Shown: piece by piece, positions 1 through 10,455 of the stretch | How the letters are laid out: the number at the start of each line of letters is the position of its first letter | Numbering within the stretch: the first letter of the stretch is position 1 | NCBI GenBank assembly: GCA_039714075.1 | Contig: JBDLKA010000012.1 | Coordinates: 1-54,319 of the forward strand | From: Candidatus Krumholzibacteriota bacterium | GTDB taxonomy: Bacteria; Krumholzibacteriota; Krumholzibacteriia; LZORAL124-64-63 | DNA: 54,319 nucleotides | Direction of reading: 5' to 3' | The notes under the pieces: generated by a model | Told to the model about the DNA's origin: nothing | What the model saw: the letters and a program-made list of their open reading frames with translations, nothing else | Databases searched by the model: none | Made by a program: the position numbers and the translations under genes

Positions 1-2143
1 CCTGGGATGCCTGCAGGATGTACGGAGCGTTGATGACCCCGTTATACGGTTCATGGGAAATGCCACCGGGTACCGAAATGGCCACCTGGGCGTCGCCGCT
101 GAAGGCGCCGACAATGACCGGAGCGGGTGCGTCACCCAGTGGGTCGATGAACGTCCACATGGGGTCCAGACCGCAGCTGTTGAAATCGTCGGAGAAGAAG
201 TCCTCGGGGGGTTCAGGGCCAACGTTTATGCGGACCATGGCCGGATTGGATAAGTCACCGGTATCGTCCTGGACGGTGTAGGTGAAGCTGTCGGGCTCCG
301 CGGTCAGGGCGGTGTGGATGTAGGTCACCACGCCGGAGACCGGATCGATGCTCGGGGTACCGTTGAATGGCGGATCGACAATGGCAACGGTGGTCGGGTC
401 GATGACACCGTCACTGTCGGTGTCATTGGCCGTGACGTCGATCATGACGGTGGAATTGAAGGCCACGAAGGCGTCGTCGTCGTTGGCCGTCGGGGCCACG
501 TTGGGGGTGATGGTGATCACCACGGTGGCGATGTTGGAGGTGGCTCCGTCATTGTCGTCGACGGTGTAGGTGAAACTGTCGGCGGCGGCGGCTCCGAGAT
601 CCTGGGCGTAGGTGATCACGCCGGTGGTCGGATGGACCGCGAGGATGGTTCCGTGCAGGGGATTGTCCTCGATGCTGACCGTGGTGCGGTCGATGGTCCC
701 GTCACTGTCGGTGTCGTTGGCGGCCACATCGATATCCACGGATTCGGCGACCTTCACGCCGGCGGAATCATCGTTCGCCGTCGGAAGCTGGTTGGGCACG
801 ATGGTCAAGTTAACGGTCGCGACATTGGAAGTCGCGCCGTCGTTGTCCTCAACCGTGTAGGTGAAGGTGTCGGTGGGGTTGGGACCCCCGCCGTGCAGAT
901 ATTCCACGATCCCCGTGACGGGATCGACCGTGGCGGTGCCGTCGGCAGGGGGGGCCACGATACTCACCGAAGCGGGATTGATGACTCCGTCGCTGTCAGT
1001 ATCGTTTAAATGGACGCTGAGCAGGGAAATTCCGTCGAATTTGGCGTTAACGGTGAAGTCGTTGGCCACCGGGGCAACATTGGGCCCGGTGACATCCACG
1101 ATGGTCACGTTGCCGAAGGAGGCTTCGGCTTCGTGGGCCACCAGCAGCAGGGACCCGGCCATGGGGGAGTTGGCCGGTTTGGTATCGGTGATCATCCAGG
1201 CGGGTTCGGCCTGGCCGTCTTCCCAAGCTTTCAGACTGTACTGGGCCCCGCCGGCATCGGTTTCCACGCGCATTTTCAGCCAGTAGACGGTGTCCAGGTT
1301 AACCGTCATGCTGGAGTTAATATCATGATCCCACAAATTCAGACGGCCGTTTTTTAGCCAACCGATATCACCCAGCGGCTTCCAGCCGCAAAGGGGCTGA
1401 TCACAATAGTCGGGATCATTCGTGTGGCCGTTCCAGCGGAAAATCAGTCCCACCCCGAATTCACCCACATCCAGGATGTTGTGGATGGTGACCGGGACGG
1501 TGACTTCGTAGTCGCCCCATCCCAATTCACCGATCCCGATGAGCCGGTCATATCCGGGCTCGATCGTCCGTATCGAATCTCCCACGACCGTCCATTTCCC
1601 GTCGACCACGTGCGCCTGCTCGAGGATGGCCGGGTCGGGGGTCAGGGGGTTGCCGTCGGTGGTCAGGCTGCCCCAGTCGGTTGCGTAGTTCGTCGGCCAT
1701 GAATTGCCCGCCGAATAGGTGAGGGTCACGGTTTCCGTATTGACGTTGCTGAGACCGTCGACGGCGGTGATCACGACGGAATTGGCACCTACCAGAAGGT
1801 CGGCCACCAGAAGGTCGACAATAAAATCGCCGGGGGTTATGAGGCGCCGTCCGTCAGTCCCGATGGTCAGGTCGACGGAAGCTCCGCCATTCAGCGTGTA
1901 GGAAAGGGAGGACACGCCGTCGGGATCCGAAACGTTGCCCTGGATGTCGCACCAGATCTGCGGCTCACCCGGATCCCCGAACTGCTGGCTCAGCCCATAC
2001 CAGACATCGATGACCGGCCCGTCCTGGGCGTGGACCGCCGGCGCCGCCGCCATGAGGATCGCCAAAAAGGCACCCAGAGCAAGCGTGGTGCGGGTCAGGC
2101 GGCGGGGATTATTCCCTGAAATATCATTTATCAAACGGTTCAC
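1..2143 (-). CDS. Large secreted multidomain protein, 3' end outside the window: signal peptide, beta-rich N-terminal region, three tandem Ig/cadherin-like (Big_9/tandem-95 type) repeats, then a domain starting SDDFNSCGLDPMWTF
   Basis: Hand translation. GTG at 2143 follows a GGAGG RBS and the frame is open to the window edge. Hydrophobic leader ends AVHA-QDG. Three repeats of N.(A/L)P.AND...NDTDSDG.I...F.YTV.D..G..SN.A.V. Absent from the ORF track because there is no stop in the window. Confidence 0.85.
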   Translation of the reverse strand, partial: MNRLINDISGNNPRRLTRTTLALGAFLAILMAAAPAVHAQDGPVIDVWYGLSQQFGDPGEPQIWCDIQGNVSDPDGVSSLSYTLNGGASVDLTIGTDGRRLITPGDFIVDLLVADLLVGANSVVITAVDGLSNVNTETVTLTYSAGNSWPTNYATDWGSLTTDGNPLTPDPAILEQAHVVDGKWTVVGDSIRTIEPGYDRLIGIGELGWGDYEVTVPVTIHNILDVGEFGVGLIFRWNGHTNDPDYCDQPLCGWKPLGDIGWLKNGRLNLWDHDINSSMTVNLDTVYWLKMRVETDAGGAQYSLKAWEDGQAEPAWMITDTKPANSPMAGSLLLVAHEAEASFGNVTIVDVTGPNVAPVANDFTVNAKFDGISLLSVHLNDTDSDGVINPASVSIVAPPADGTATVDPVTGIVEYLHGGGPNPTDTFTYTVEDNDGATSNVATVNLTIVPNQLPTANDDSAGVKVAESVDIDVAANDTDSDGTIDRTTVSIEDNPLHGTILAVHPTTGVITYAQDLGAAAADSFTYTVDDNDGATSNIATVVITITPNVAPTANDDDAFVAFNSTVMIDVTANDTDSDGVIDPTTVAIVDPPFNGTPSIDPVSGVVTYIHTALTAEPDSFTYTVQDDTGDLSNPAMVRINVGPEPPEDFFSDDFNSCGLDPMWTFIDPLGDAPAPVIVGAFSGDAQVAISVPGGISHEPYNGVINAPYILQASQ

Positions 2144-2309
2144 TTTTTCCCTCCATGGTGATAACCACCATCGCGGAGCCCACGACGAATGGATTCCATA
2201 GATTATGATGGATACGCTCAATCCCCCAAATTAACTCAATCGGTCAAAACAGCCAATACCATGTGGACCCCAATCCGGTCCGGTTCCGGGCCTGATCCGA
2301 TCAGTTAGA

Positions 2310-2338
2310 ATTGTACCAAATTCCACATACTTAAACAA
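2310..2338 (-). promoter_or_regulatory. Putative sigma70 promoter (TTGTTT-17-TACAAT, extended TG) for the large secreted protein
   Basis: Minus strand reads ttgttt aagtatgtggaatttgg tacaat in an AT-rich intergenic region. Confidence 0.5.
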
Positions 2339-2376
2339 CAAAAATAATTTTAAATGTAAAAAAGCTGATTCCGGCC

Positions 2377-3141
2377 TCAGGGGACCAGCATCGCCTTTTG
2401 TGACATCCTGCCGGAGTGCCGGGAACCCCGGAATTCGAGGACAAAAAGATAAATCCCGCCTGATTGGGCCCGACCCCGGTCATCGCGGCCGTCCCAGCGG
2501 GCTTCGAATTCACCCTGGGCCCTGACCTCGTTCACCAGGTTGCGGATCCTGTGTCCCCGCGCGTCAAAGACGGTCAGGTCGACCAGGCCGGTTTCCGGCA
2601 GGTGGAAACGAAGCCGGGTGGACGGATTGAACGGGTTCGGGGCGGGTGCGGCCAGGTTCAGCCGACCGCGCTTGGCAGGGACATCGGTCGCCGAGGAAAG
2701 AATGGTGAAGCTGTTGGTCGTTTCATGGGTGGTATTGCCGAAAGCGTCTCTCACCCCGACGTCCAGATGGACGTTGGCCGAAGACGTTTCCGGCACGACC
2801 CAATCCCATCCCGGATTCGGGAGGTCGGGATCATAGAGGGTTGCGGAAATGGTTTCGCCGTCGATCCGGACCACGGCCCAGTAGGATCCGATATTCGAAC
2901 TCGGGTGGTCATCGCTGGGGTTGTTCCAACGGAAGGGGACGATGTCGCCGCCCTGGAAAACCGAAAATTCAGGGAGCTGGTCCACCGTTACGACCGGGGG
3001 CTTGGTGTCGATGATCGCCGTGTTGCTGGTTCCCATGCCGGTGCCGGCGCGCACGCCGGGCGCAACCACGCAGGTACCGGTGACGACCAGGATCATCACG
3101 GCCTTCCGGAAGATACGTGTCCCTTTGGCGGTGGGCGGCAA
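2377..3141 (-). CDS. Secreted protein with a small Ig-like passenger and C-terminal FlgD-Ig (T9SS-CTD-like) domain
   Basis: Signal-like N-terminus. C-terminus has PNPFNPST...VFDARGHRIRNL...WDGRDDRG...GIYLFVL...KAMLVP. Start codon uncertain. Confidence 0.8.
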   Translation of the reverse strand: MPPTAKGTRIFRKAVMILVVTGTCVVAPGVRAGTGMGTSNTAIIDTKPPVVTVDQLPEFSVFQGGDIVPFRWNNPSDDHPSSNIGSYWAVVRIDGETISATLYDPDLPNPGWDWVVPETSSANVHLDVGVRDAFGNTTHETTNSFTILSSATDVPAKRGRLNLAAPAPNPFNPSTRLRFHLPETGLVDLTVFDARGHRIRNLVNEVRAQGEFEARWDGRDDRGRAQSGGIYLFVLEFRGSRHSGRMSQKAMLVP

Positions 3142-3279
3142 ACCAATCCTCGAATGATGAAGGTATCAAAATCCCCCGGGGCCAAGGCCCTGTCCGCTTT
3201 ATTATACCAAAAAGCACGAAAAGCCAAAAGGGGGGCACCGGATCCGCCCGGGGAGAAGGGCGAGGGACGGTTCAGGAAT

Positions 3280-6200
3280 CTATTTTCCCGTAAGGAGTTG
3301 TTTGAATTTCGCCACGTCGTATCCGGCTTGCCCGGCGGCTGCCGCGATGATGCCCCGGCCGTCCAGCAGCGAGGCCAACCTGATTTTGCCCGGCGTGGTC
3401 AGGCCGCACACCACCAGGGCGGCCAGCAGGGTTTCCAGGGCCTCACGGTTCAACCACGTTTTGCCCTCGTGCTCATTGAAGCCGAGGAAAAGCCGGACGC
3501 GGTCCTCCTCCATGAAAGAGGCGAACCACCGGGCCTGGCCGCGGGTCAGGGCCGCAATCCCGGCTTCGGCCCCGGCCAGGATTTCCGCCAGCAGCGCTGT
3601 CGAATCGCCGGCATAAGCGTGGCCGGTCCACTCGCGCAGAAGGCGGGTCATGTCCTCGAGGACCAGGGGCCAATCGCCCGCTTCGAGTTGGAGACCAGCA
3701 GCATCCGCGGGGACAGGTTGGCCGGCCCGGGAACCGGAAACCTTGCGCAGCACCGCCTGCAGATAGACCGCCTGGGGAATCCGGCTGCCGGGCAGCGCCG
3801 CCAGGATTGATTGCAGATCGTCTCGCGATCGCGGACCCAGAGTGGGGGGAATATCAAGTCCGGTCAGACCCTGCAGCAGTTTCGCGAGGGACTCCAGGTC
3901 ATCAGGCAGATCAATGGGGGTTTCTTCGGGCAAAAGATCGTCTTCAGGTGTCGGGACCGCAGTTTCATCCGCCTGGGGCAGTGATTTCTCCAGCCAGGCC
4001 AGAAGGACCGGGTCCATCCACTTCCGCACCAGGGCCAGGTCCGCGCCCACGACCAGGCGCCGCTTGGCCAGCACCAGATCGGGGGCGCCGCGTCCGGCCA
4101 GGTGGTCGGCCAGTTGCGCCCACAGGCCGTCAATGTCGGTCACGGTCCGGATGTCGATCAGGGCCCGGTACTGATACCCGTTCAATTGCGTGTGAAAGCC
4201 CCGGGTGGCCAGTTCGACGCCCGAGCGCAGGTATTCCAGCCCGTCGATATGGTCCCGCATGATGTACCACCGGCCGGCGGAAGCATCGATCTCCAGGCTG
4301 TCGGTCAGGGATTTCCGTGCGAGATGGGGGTGGTCGGCCGAACCGGTGTTGATGTTCGTGGACATGTTCACCGTACCGGCGGTCGTATCGTAGGAATTGT
4401 TGTAGATGATCAGGGCCTTCTCGCCGCCGTGCCGGTTGGTGAAGGCGAAGACGTTTTCGTCGACCCAGCCGCCGTCGGTATGGAAATCGAACATGGCGAA
4501 ATTTTCCGAGCCGCTGAACAGATGCCGGCGGCGCATCATGGGGAATATTTCCCGTTCGTGGCGCCGGACCATGTCGTGATCGACCTCTTCGTTCCAATAG
4601 GCCTTGCGATATTCCATCCCGTATTTTTCGCTGAAGCCCTCGATCTGTCCGTGGCCCAGCATGGGCAGGCCCGGCATGGTGACCAGCAGCAGCATGCATC
4701 CGAAATACTTGTCGCCCCGGCCGAACTGTTCGACGGCCGTCTTCTCGTCGGGATTGTTCATGAAGTTGACGAAACGCTTCAACACCTCGGGGCTGAATTC
4801 GAGCACGTTCTTGACCGTCTGCCGGTACTTGGCGTTGTCCTCCATCTTGAGCATGTTCATGAAGGCGCTGTTGTAGACCCGGTGCATGCCCAGGGTGCGC
4901 ACGAAATAGCCCTCCATCAGCCAGAAGGCTTCGGCCAGCAGCAGGGTGTCGGGAACTTCGGCCGCCACGCGGTCCACGACCTCGCGCCAGAACTCCACCG
5001 GGAATACGGCGTCGAATTCGGGCTTGCCCAGGCCGTGCTCGGCCCGCGAGGGGATGGCGCCCGCGTCGCCCGGGCGGGGAAACCACAGGCGCTGGAAGTG
5101 CTTCTTGGCCAGGGTCATGGCCGCGTCGAAGCGGATGATGGGGAAGCGGCGGGCCACGTCGAGAATGACCCGGATGACCGCTTCGCGCACCTCCGGCAGC
5201 AGGAAATTCAGTTGGGCGGTGTCGTTCCAGGGCATGCTCGTGCCGTCGTTGCCGTGGTAGATGTAGCGGACCTGTCCGGTATTCTCATCGACCCTTTGGA
5301 AGACCACCGCGGCGTCACTGTGATTCCAGTAACCGTCCTCGATGCGGATGGCGACGCCGGGATGATCGCACAGATCGCCCCCGGTAAAATTGTAGGCGGG
5401 GTAGGGGGGCTGGTCCGACTGGAGGAAAAACTCCGGATGCTCGACGACCCAGCTGCTGTCGATGCCCATGTGGTTGGGAACCATGTCGCTCGCCAGGCGG
5501 ATGCCGCGTTGCCCGGTGCGTTCGCTCAGGTTTTTCCAGGCGGCTTCACCGCCCAGGTCGTCGGCGATCCGGTAGTCACGCAGGGCATAGGCGCTGGCCG
5601 CGGCCTCGGGATTGCCCATGTACTGCTTGATCAGGCGCGAGGCCTCGGACCTTTCCCACAACCCGATCAGCCACAGGCCGGTCACGCCCCACCTGGCCAG
5701 CCGGTCCAGTTCCTGGTCCGGGATCTGGTCCAGGGTGTGCACCGGATGGCCGTACCAGCGGCTGACCTGATCCAGCCACACGTAGACCGATTTGGCCATC
5801 AGGACCACGTTGCTCATCCAGTCGGCGTCGGTGCTGAAAGCCTCGGGTTCGGGGACCATGTCCTCCCAGCCGACTGATCCGGGTCCGAATTCGAGGACCG
5901 GAGCGGGTCCGGGTTCTCCGCCCCGGGCGACATCGACCTCGTGCAGCACGTCCAGGGCGAACTGTAGCCGCTGCATGAATTCGGCAGGCAGCAGATGTTC
6001 CCAGTGTTCGCGGATGTAGCGGATCTGGCCGGCCAGCGATTCGGGGCTGGCGTGCATCGGGCTGCGCAGCAGGTGGAACAGGGAGGTGCCCTCGCTGCCG
6101 GGCGGCTCGAAGTTCTCCAGATAATCCTCCATGCCGGTCAGGAAGGGTACGTAGGACACCCTGAGACGCAATTCCTCGTCATCGAACAGCTCGACCGCTT

Positions 6201-6717
6201 CGGCCGCCGCCGGATTGCCGACGTTCAGGAACAGCAGCACCATTTCCAGGGTGGTCTGGTCCAGCCCGCTGACGGGGCCGCTGGTGTCGGCGAGAAACCG
6301 GGACGTGTCGAAATCTCCGGATTGCAGGGCCACCGGCGGAAAGAGTTCCACGAAGACCCGGTGCAGGTTGGTCAGGGTCTCCGCGCCGAAATTCTGTTCG
6401 CCCCACGACCGGCAGCGGGCCAGGGATCCGGGATTGTCGGTCTGGAAATACCGGGTCGCCACGTGGCGCAGGGCCTGGTTCAGGGTCCGCAGGACCAGCA
6501 GGATTTCCGCGGGAACGGCGGGGCCGCCTTCGGTCTGCCGGGCCGGGTCGCGATTGATCCGGTCGGCCAGCTTGCGGATTTCGTAGGTCGGATCGTCAAG
6601 GCAGGCCGCCAACTCGTCCGGAAGAACCTCCGCGACGCCGAAGCGCCGCCAGGCGGCCTCGGCCAACGGAAAGCCGAAGACGAAGTACTGGCGGGGAACC
6701 TGATTGTCCTGGGCCAT
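3280..6717 (-). CDS. Alpha-amylase family glycoside hydrolase (GH13), 1145 aa with long N- and C-terminal extensions
   Basis: GH13 conserved regions DMVPNH, RFDAAMT (nucleophile Asp), LLAEAFW (acid/base Glu), NFMNNPDE and PGLPMLGHGQ. Confidence 0.85.
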   Translation of the reverse strand: MAQDNQVPRQYFVFGFPLAEAAWRRFGVAEVLPDELAACLDDPTYEIRKLADRINRDPARQTEGGPAVPAEILLVLRTLNQALRHVATRYFQTDNPGSLARCRSWGEQNFGAETLTNLHRVFVELFPPVALQSGDFDTSRFLADTSGPVSGLDQTTLEMVLLFLNVGNPAAAEAVELFDDEELRLRVSYVPFLTGMEDYLENFEPPGSEGTSLFHLLRSPMHASPESLAGQIRYIREHWEHLLPAEFMQRLQFALDVLHEVDVARGGEPGPAPVLEFGPGSVGWEDMVPEPEAFSTDADWMSNVVLMAKSVYVWLDQVSRWYGHPVHTLDQIPDQELDRLARWGVTGLWLIGLWERSEASRLIKQYMGNPEAAASAYALRDYRIADDLGGEAAWKNLSERTGQRGIRLASDMVPNHMGIDSSWVVEHPEFFLQSDQPPYPAYNFTGGDLCDHPGVAIRIEDGYWNHSDAAVVFQRVDENTGQVRYIYHGNDGTSMPWNDTAQLNFLLPEVREAVIRVILDVARRFPIIRFDAAMTLAKKHFQRLWFPRPGDAGAIPSRAEHGLGKPEFDAVFPVEFWREVVDRVAAEVPDTLLLAEAFWLMEGYFVRTLGMHRVYNSAFMNMLKMEDNAKYRQTVKNVLEFSPEVLKRFVNFMNNPDEKTAVEQFGRGDKYFGCMLLLVTMPGLPMLGHGQIEGFSEKYGMEYRKAYWNEEVDHDMVRRHEREIFPMMRRRHLFSGSENFAMFDFHTDGGWVDENVFAFTNRHGGEKALIIYNNSYDTTAGTVNMSTNINTGSADHPHLARKSLTDSLEIDASAGRWYIMRDHIDGLEYLRSGVELATRGFHTQLNGYQYRALIDIRTVTDIDGLWAQLADHLAGRGAPDLVLAKRRLVVGADLALVRKWMDPVLLAWLEKSLPQADETAVPTPEDDLLPEETPIDLPDDLESLAKLLQGLTGLDIPPTLGPRSRDDLQSILAALPGSRIPQAVYLQAVLRKVSGSRAGQPVPADAAGLQLEAGDWPLVLEDMTRLLREWTGHAYAGDSTALLAEILAGAEAGIAALTRGQARWFASFMEEDRVRLFLGFNEHEGKTWLNREALETLLAALVVCGLTTPGKIRLASLLDGRGIIAAAAGQAGYDVAKFKQLLTGK

Positions 6718-6831
6718 GGTCGCGTAAAGTTCCTTTCCTACTTGTTCGCAGCGGAGTCAGAAACCATTATCGTGTCTGGACGGGAAATGACAAGGACCCA
6801 TGAAGACCAAAACCATCCGGAGGCAGGCCGC

Positions 6832-8628
6832 GTGAAGAAGAAAATCCGCATCGGCAACGCAGGGGGCTACTGGGGCGACGATCTGGACGCCCTCAGGCGG
6901 CAACTGTTGGGTGGTCCCCTGGATTACATCACCATGGATTTTCTGGCCGAAATCACCATGTCCATCCTGCGCAAGCAGCAACTGAAGAATCCCGCCCTCG
7001 GCTACGCGGGGGATTTCCTGACCCAGCTTGAAACCTGCCTCCCGCTGATCGTGGAGAAGAACGTCAAGGTGATCAACAACGCCGGCGGCATCAATCCGGT
7101 CGGTCTGGGCCGCCAGATCCTGGCAATGGCCCGGAGCCAGGGCCACGACATCAAGGTGGGCGTGGTCTATGGCGACGACATCTCCGGACGCCTCTACGAG
7201 CTGACCGCCGCCGGTGAAAAATTCACCAACATGGAGACCGGCGAGGATTTCACCGATGTCAGGCGCCGGATCACCTCGGCCAACGTATACCTGGGCGCCG
7301 AACCGGTGGTGGCGGCCCTGGACGCCGGCTGTCAGATCGTCGTCACCGGCCGGGTCACGGACACCGGGCTGACCCTGGCCCCGATGATCCACGAGTTCGG
7401 CTGGGCGATGGACGATTGGGACCGGATGGCCGCGGGGATCGTTGCCGGGCACATCATCGAATGCGGAGCCCAGGCCTCCGGCGGGAACATCACCGACTGG
7501 CAGTCGGTACCCCACTTTCACAACATGGGTTATCCCATCATCGAAATGCACCGCTCGGGCGAATTTTTCGTCACCAAGCACAAGCGGACCGGCGGCCAGG
7601 TCAGCGAGAAATCGGTCAAGGAACAACTCGTGTACGAGATGGGAGATCCCGCCCAGTACATTTCACCCGACGGGGTGGCCTTCTTCGACACCATCCGGGT
7701 GGAAGAGACGGGGCCCGACCGGGTCAATGTGTCCGGCGTAAGGGGCGGACCAGCCCCGGAGATGTTCAAGGTGTCCATGGCCTACGACGACGGCTGGAAG
7801 GCCGAAGGGGAGATCCTGGTCAGCGGTCCGGAGATCAGGAAGAAGGCCGCCGCCGTGGAGGAGATCTTCTGGGAGAAAGTCGGCCACGAGTTTGAACAGA
7901 CGTCCACCGCGCTGGTCGGCGCCGCCTCGAGCTGGCCCGATGCCGTGGCGGGTTGCGACCCCAACGAGATCTATCTCCGCTTCGGGGTCCGGGACCATGA
8001 TCGCGCCAAGATCATGGACTTCAGCAAGGCCCTGCCCGCCCTGATCCTGGCCGGCCCGTCGGGCATGGCGGTCAGCACGCAGGGGCGGCCCCGCCCCCGG
8101 CAGGTGGTGGCCTACTGGCCCGCCCTGATGCGGCGGGACGGTGTGACGGCCAAGGTTCTTACTTTCGATACGAATTGCGAGGAGAATTTCCGGGAGATTC
8201 AATTTCCCCTTCGCGGCGAGATCGGCGAACCGGTCAGCAGCGACGAACCCCGCGTCCGGCGCAAACCCGCCAAGTTCACCGGCCGGCTGACGGAGGTCAA
8301 ACTGCGCCGCCTGTGCTACGCGCGCAGCGGGGACAAGGGGGACACCTGCAACATCGGGATCCTGGCCCGCAGTCCGCGCGTGTATGACTGGATGGTGGCC
8401 AAACTGACCGCCCCGGTCGTGAAGAAATTCTTCAAGGGACGTGTTTTCGGTAAGGTGACCCGGTACCAACTGGAGAATCTGGAGGGGCTGAATTTCCTGC
8501 TGGAACAGTCTCTCGGCGGTGGCGGCACCACCAGCCTGCTGGTCGATCCCCAGGGCAAGACCATGAGCCAGGCGCTCCTGGAAATGAAGGTCAAGGTTCC
8601 GGTGGGCCTGTTGCGTGGTTTGAAGTGA
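6832..8628 (+). CDS. Acyclic terpene utilization AtuA-family (DUF1446) protein with C-terminal ARSGDKG domain
   Basis: IRIGNAGGYWGD, DFLAE, YLGA, GRVTD, AGHIIECGAQASGGN, EQLVYE and ARSGDKGD. True start is GTG at 6832 after GGAGG; the ORF-track extension overlaps the GH13 gene. Confidence 0.85.
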   Translation: MKKKIRIGNAGGYWGDDLDALRRQLLGGPLDYITMDFLAEITMSILRKQQLKNPALGYAGDFLTQLETCLPLIVEKNVKVINNAGGINPVGLGRQILAMARSQGHDIKVGVVYGDDISGRLYELTAAGEKFTNMETGEDFTDVRRRITSANVYLGAEPVVAALDAGCQIVVTGRVTDTGLTLAPMIHEFGWAMDDWDRMAAGIVAGHIIECGAQASGGNITDWQSVPHFHNMGYPIIEMHRSGEFFVTKHKRTGGQVSEKSVKEQLVYEMGDPAQYISPDGVAFFDTIRVEETGPDRVNVSGVRGGPAPEMFKVSMAYDDGWKAEGEILVSGPEIRKKAAAVEEIFWEKVGHEFEQTSTALVGAASSWPDAVAGCDPNEIYLRFGVRDHDRAKIMDFSKALPALILAGPSGMAVSTQGRPRPRQVVAYWPALMRRDGVTAKVLTFDTNCEENFREIQFPLRGEIGEPVSSDEPRVRRKPAKFTGRLTEVKLRRLCYARSGDKGDTCNIGILARSPRVYDWMVAKLTAPVVKKFFKGRVFGKVTRYQLENLEGLNFLLEQSLGGGGTTSLLVDPQGKTMSQALLEMKVKVPVGLLRGLK

Positions 8629-8921
8629 TGCCGAGTTTTGCGATCTGATGATGTAGATATTCATTTTCATAATTGGCATGGCTGCCGTTGCCCCGGGAAG
8701 GTGCTGTTATCTATGGTATTTGCGATTTAATGGTTACCAAATACTGTATATTAAATCAGTTACATTTTTTGAAGATTTTTTAACGAAAAGTTTGGTTTTC
8801 ATGTGTTATAAATGGTACCAATCGTTGGGAAACGGAGCCCAATGGACGACCGTGACGCGGAAAATGAGCAATCCTGCCCTTTTCGCTCCCACACCGCAAT
8901 CTGCTCCCTTGGAGGCACAAA

Positions 8922-9602
8922 ATGAAGCGCATCGCTATTGCCCTGGTTTTGGTTCTGCTTGCTGCCGGCGCCCAGGCCCAGTCGGTCCACGACATGAGGA
9001 CGGACCTTGTTCCCGAATTGACGCCGGTGCAGGTGTCGAACCTGATCGTGACCGGTTTTTATTCCAATGGCGTTTTCGTGTCCGCGGCTCCTTTCGGTGA
9101 ATACGACTCCATCTGGGTCTACCTGGGTTCCGGCTTGCCCGCCTACCCGGCCATCGGTGACGTGATCGCCGTGGAGGGTGTCTTCAAGATGTATTACGGG
9201 CTGTATGAGATCGATGCCGCCCTGGGACAGTGGCAGGTCACCGGGACCTCCGCCCTTCCCGCTCCCATCGTGGTTCCGGCCGCCCTTCTGACCGACCCGG
9301 CGACGGCCGCACCCTACATGTGCTCCCTGATCCACATTCCCGACACCCTGTACTTCTCCTCCCTGGCCACCTACGGCGAATGGTTCGCCACGGCCGAGGA
9401 TGCCTCCGAAGTCATGTTCGACAACTTCTGGTACCCGACGCCCCTCGAGGAAGACCTCGGCGCGTGCTTCGACGGCGCCACCGGTTGCCTGAACTACACC
9501 TACAGCGCCTACAAGCTGGCCGCCTACGAAGACGGCCTGCCCGCCTGCGTCGTCGGCGTCGAGGAAAGCAGCTTCGGCAGCGTGAAGTCCCTGTTCCGGT
9601 AG
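8922..9602 (+). CDS. Secreted protein with an OB-fold-like domain and a C-terminal SSFGSVKSLFR tail
   Basis: GGAGG RBS and signal peptide ending AQA. The segment VTG...GVFV...IWVY...P.IGDVI.VEG...YYGLYEI resembles YhcR/ExeM-type OB folds. Confidence 0.75.
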   Translation: MKRIAIALVLVLLAAGAQAQSVHDMRTDLVPELTPVQVSNLIVTGFYSNGVFVSAAPFGEYDSIWVYLGSGLPAYPAIGDVIAVEGVFKMYYGLYEIDAALGQWQVTGTSALPAPIVVPAALLTDPATAAPYMCSLIHIPDTLYFSSLATYGEWFATAEDASEVMFDNFWYPTPLEEDLGACFDGATGCLNYTYSAYKLAAYEDGLPACVVGVEESSFGSVKSLFR

Positions 9603-9643
9603 ACCCGGTCGGCTTTGCTGGACAATCTGCGTGGGACGATTCA

Positions 9644-9676
9644 AGGGCCCGGATTTCGATCCGGGCCCTGTTTTTT
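9644..9676 (+). terminator. Intrinsic terminator
   Basis: 11-bp stem AGGGCCCGGAT-ttcg-ATCCGGGCCCT followed by GTTTTTT. Confidence 0.85.
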
Positions 9677-9783
9677 GGCAAATAACCGGCAAGCTGCCCG
9701 GGTAAATTCCTGGTTGTGATTCGTCAGGGTCCGCAGGACAATGGCCCTGATGTCGGTCGTCGGCTCCAGCGGGATGGAATCCA

Positions 9784-10455
9784 GTGCCTCCTGTACTTGT
9801 CATCATCATTGTTCTGGCTGTCGGGGCCGGTTTGTATCTGGCCTGGAAGGCGGATCAGAAAAGGCGCGAGGCCCTGCTCCTGTGGGCCACGGGCAAGGGC
9901 TGGAATATGCTTCCGGGCAAGAACCGGAGCATGCACCAGGATTACCCCGGTTTGAAGGTTTTCCAGAAGGGTCATTCCCGGTCGGCCAAGAACATCATCA
10001 AGGGTCAGGACCAGGGACGGTCCGTGACGCTGATGGATTACCGCTACGTCGTCGGGCACGGGAAGAACCGTTCCACCCACAACCGCGGCGTAGCCATCCT
10101 GCATTGCGATTTTCCCACCGTGCCGCTGTTCATCCGCCGGGAGAATCCCCTGGACAGGGTGGGGGAATTCTTCGGCGCCGACGACATCGATTTTGAATCC
10201 TCGGAGTTCAGCCGCAGGTTCTACGTGAAATCCGCGGACAGGAAATGGGCCTTCGACGTCATCCACACCCGCACCATGGAATACCTCATGCAAGCGCCCT
10301 CGTTCACCATTGAATTCGGCTTCGGCGAGATCGCCGTATACCGGACGGGCCATTGCGGCACCGACCAGTACGAACAGGCTCTCGAACTGGCGCGGGGCCT
10401 GTACGACCTGATTCCGGACTACGTGGTCCGGCAGATGAAAGGCGAAGGCCGATGA
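9784..10455 (+). CDS. Membrane-anchored hypothetical protein (LemA-associated, possibly DUF3137-like)
   Basis: N-terminal TM helix and DIDFESSEFSRRFYV motif. Stop overlaps the lemA start (ATGA). Confidence 0.7.
   Translation: MPPVLVIIIVLAVGAGLYLAWKADQKRREALLLWATGKGWNMLPGKNRSMHQDYPGLKVFQKGHSRSAKNIIKGQDQGRSVTLMDYRYVVGHGKNRSTHNRGVAILHCDFPTVPLFIRRENPLDRVGEFFGADDIDFESSEFSRRFYVKSADRKWAFDVIHTRTMEYLMQAPSFTIEFGFGEIAVYRTGHCGTDQYEQALELARGLYDLIPDYVVRQMKGEGR

Noticed and set aside
5995..6831. N-terminal extension of the AtuA ORF in the track
   Set aside because: It overlaps the GH13 gene on the other strand. Family similarity and an RBS begin at GTG 6832.
8742..8761. E. coli-like SOS box TACTGTATATTAAATCAGTT
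   Set aside because: It matches CTG-N10-CAG, but LexA boxes are lineage specific, the downstream gene is a secreted protein, and the region is AT-rich. Chance or a nucleoid-protein site is as likely.
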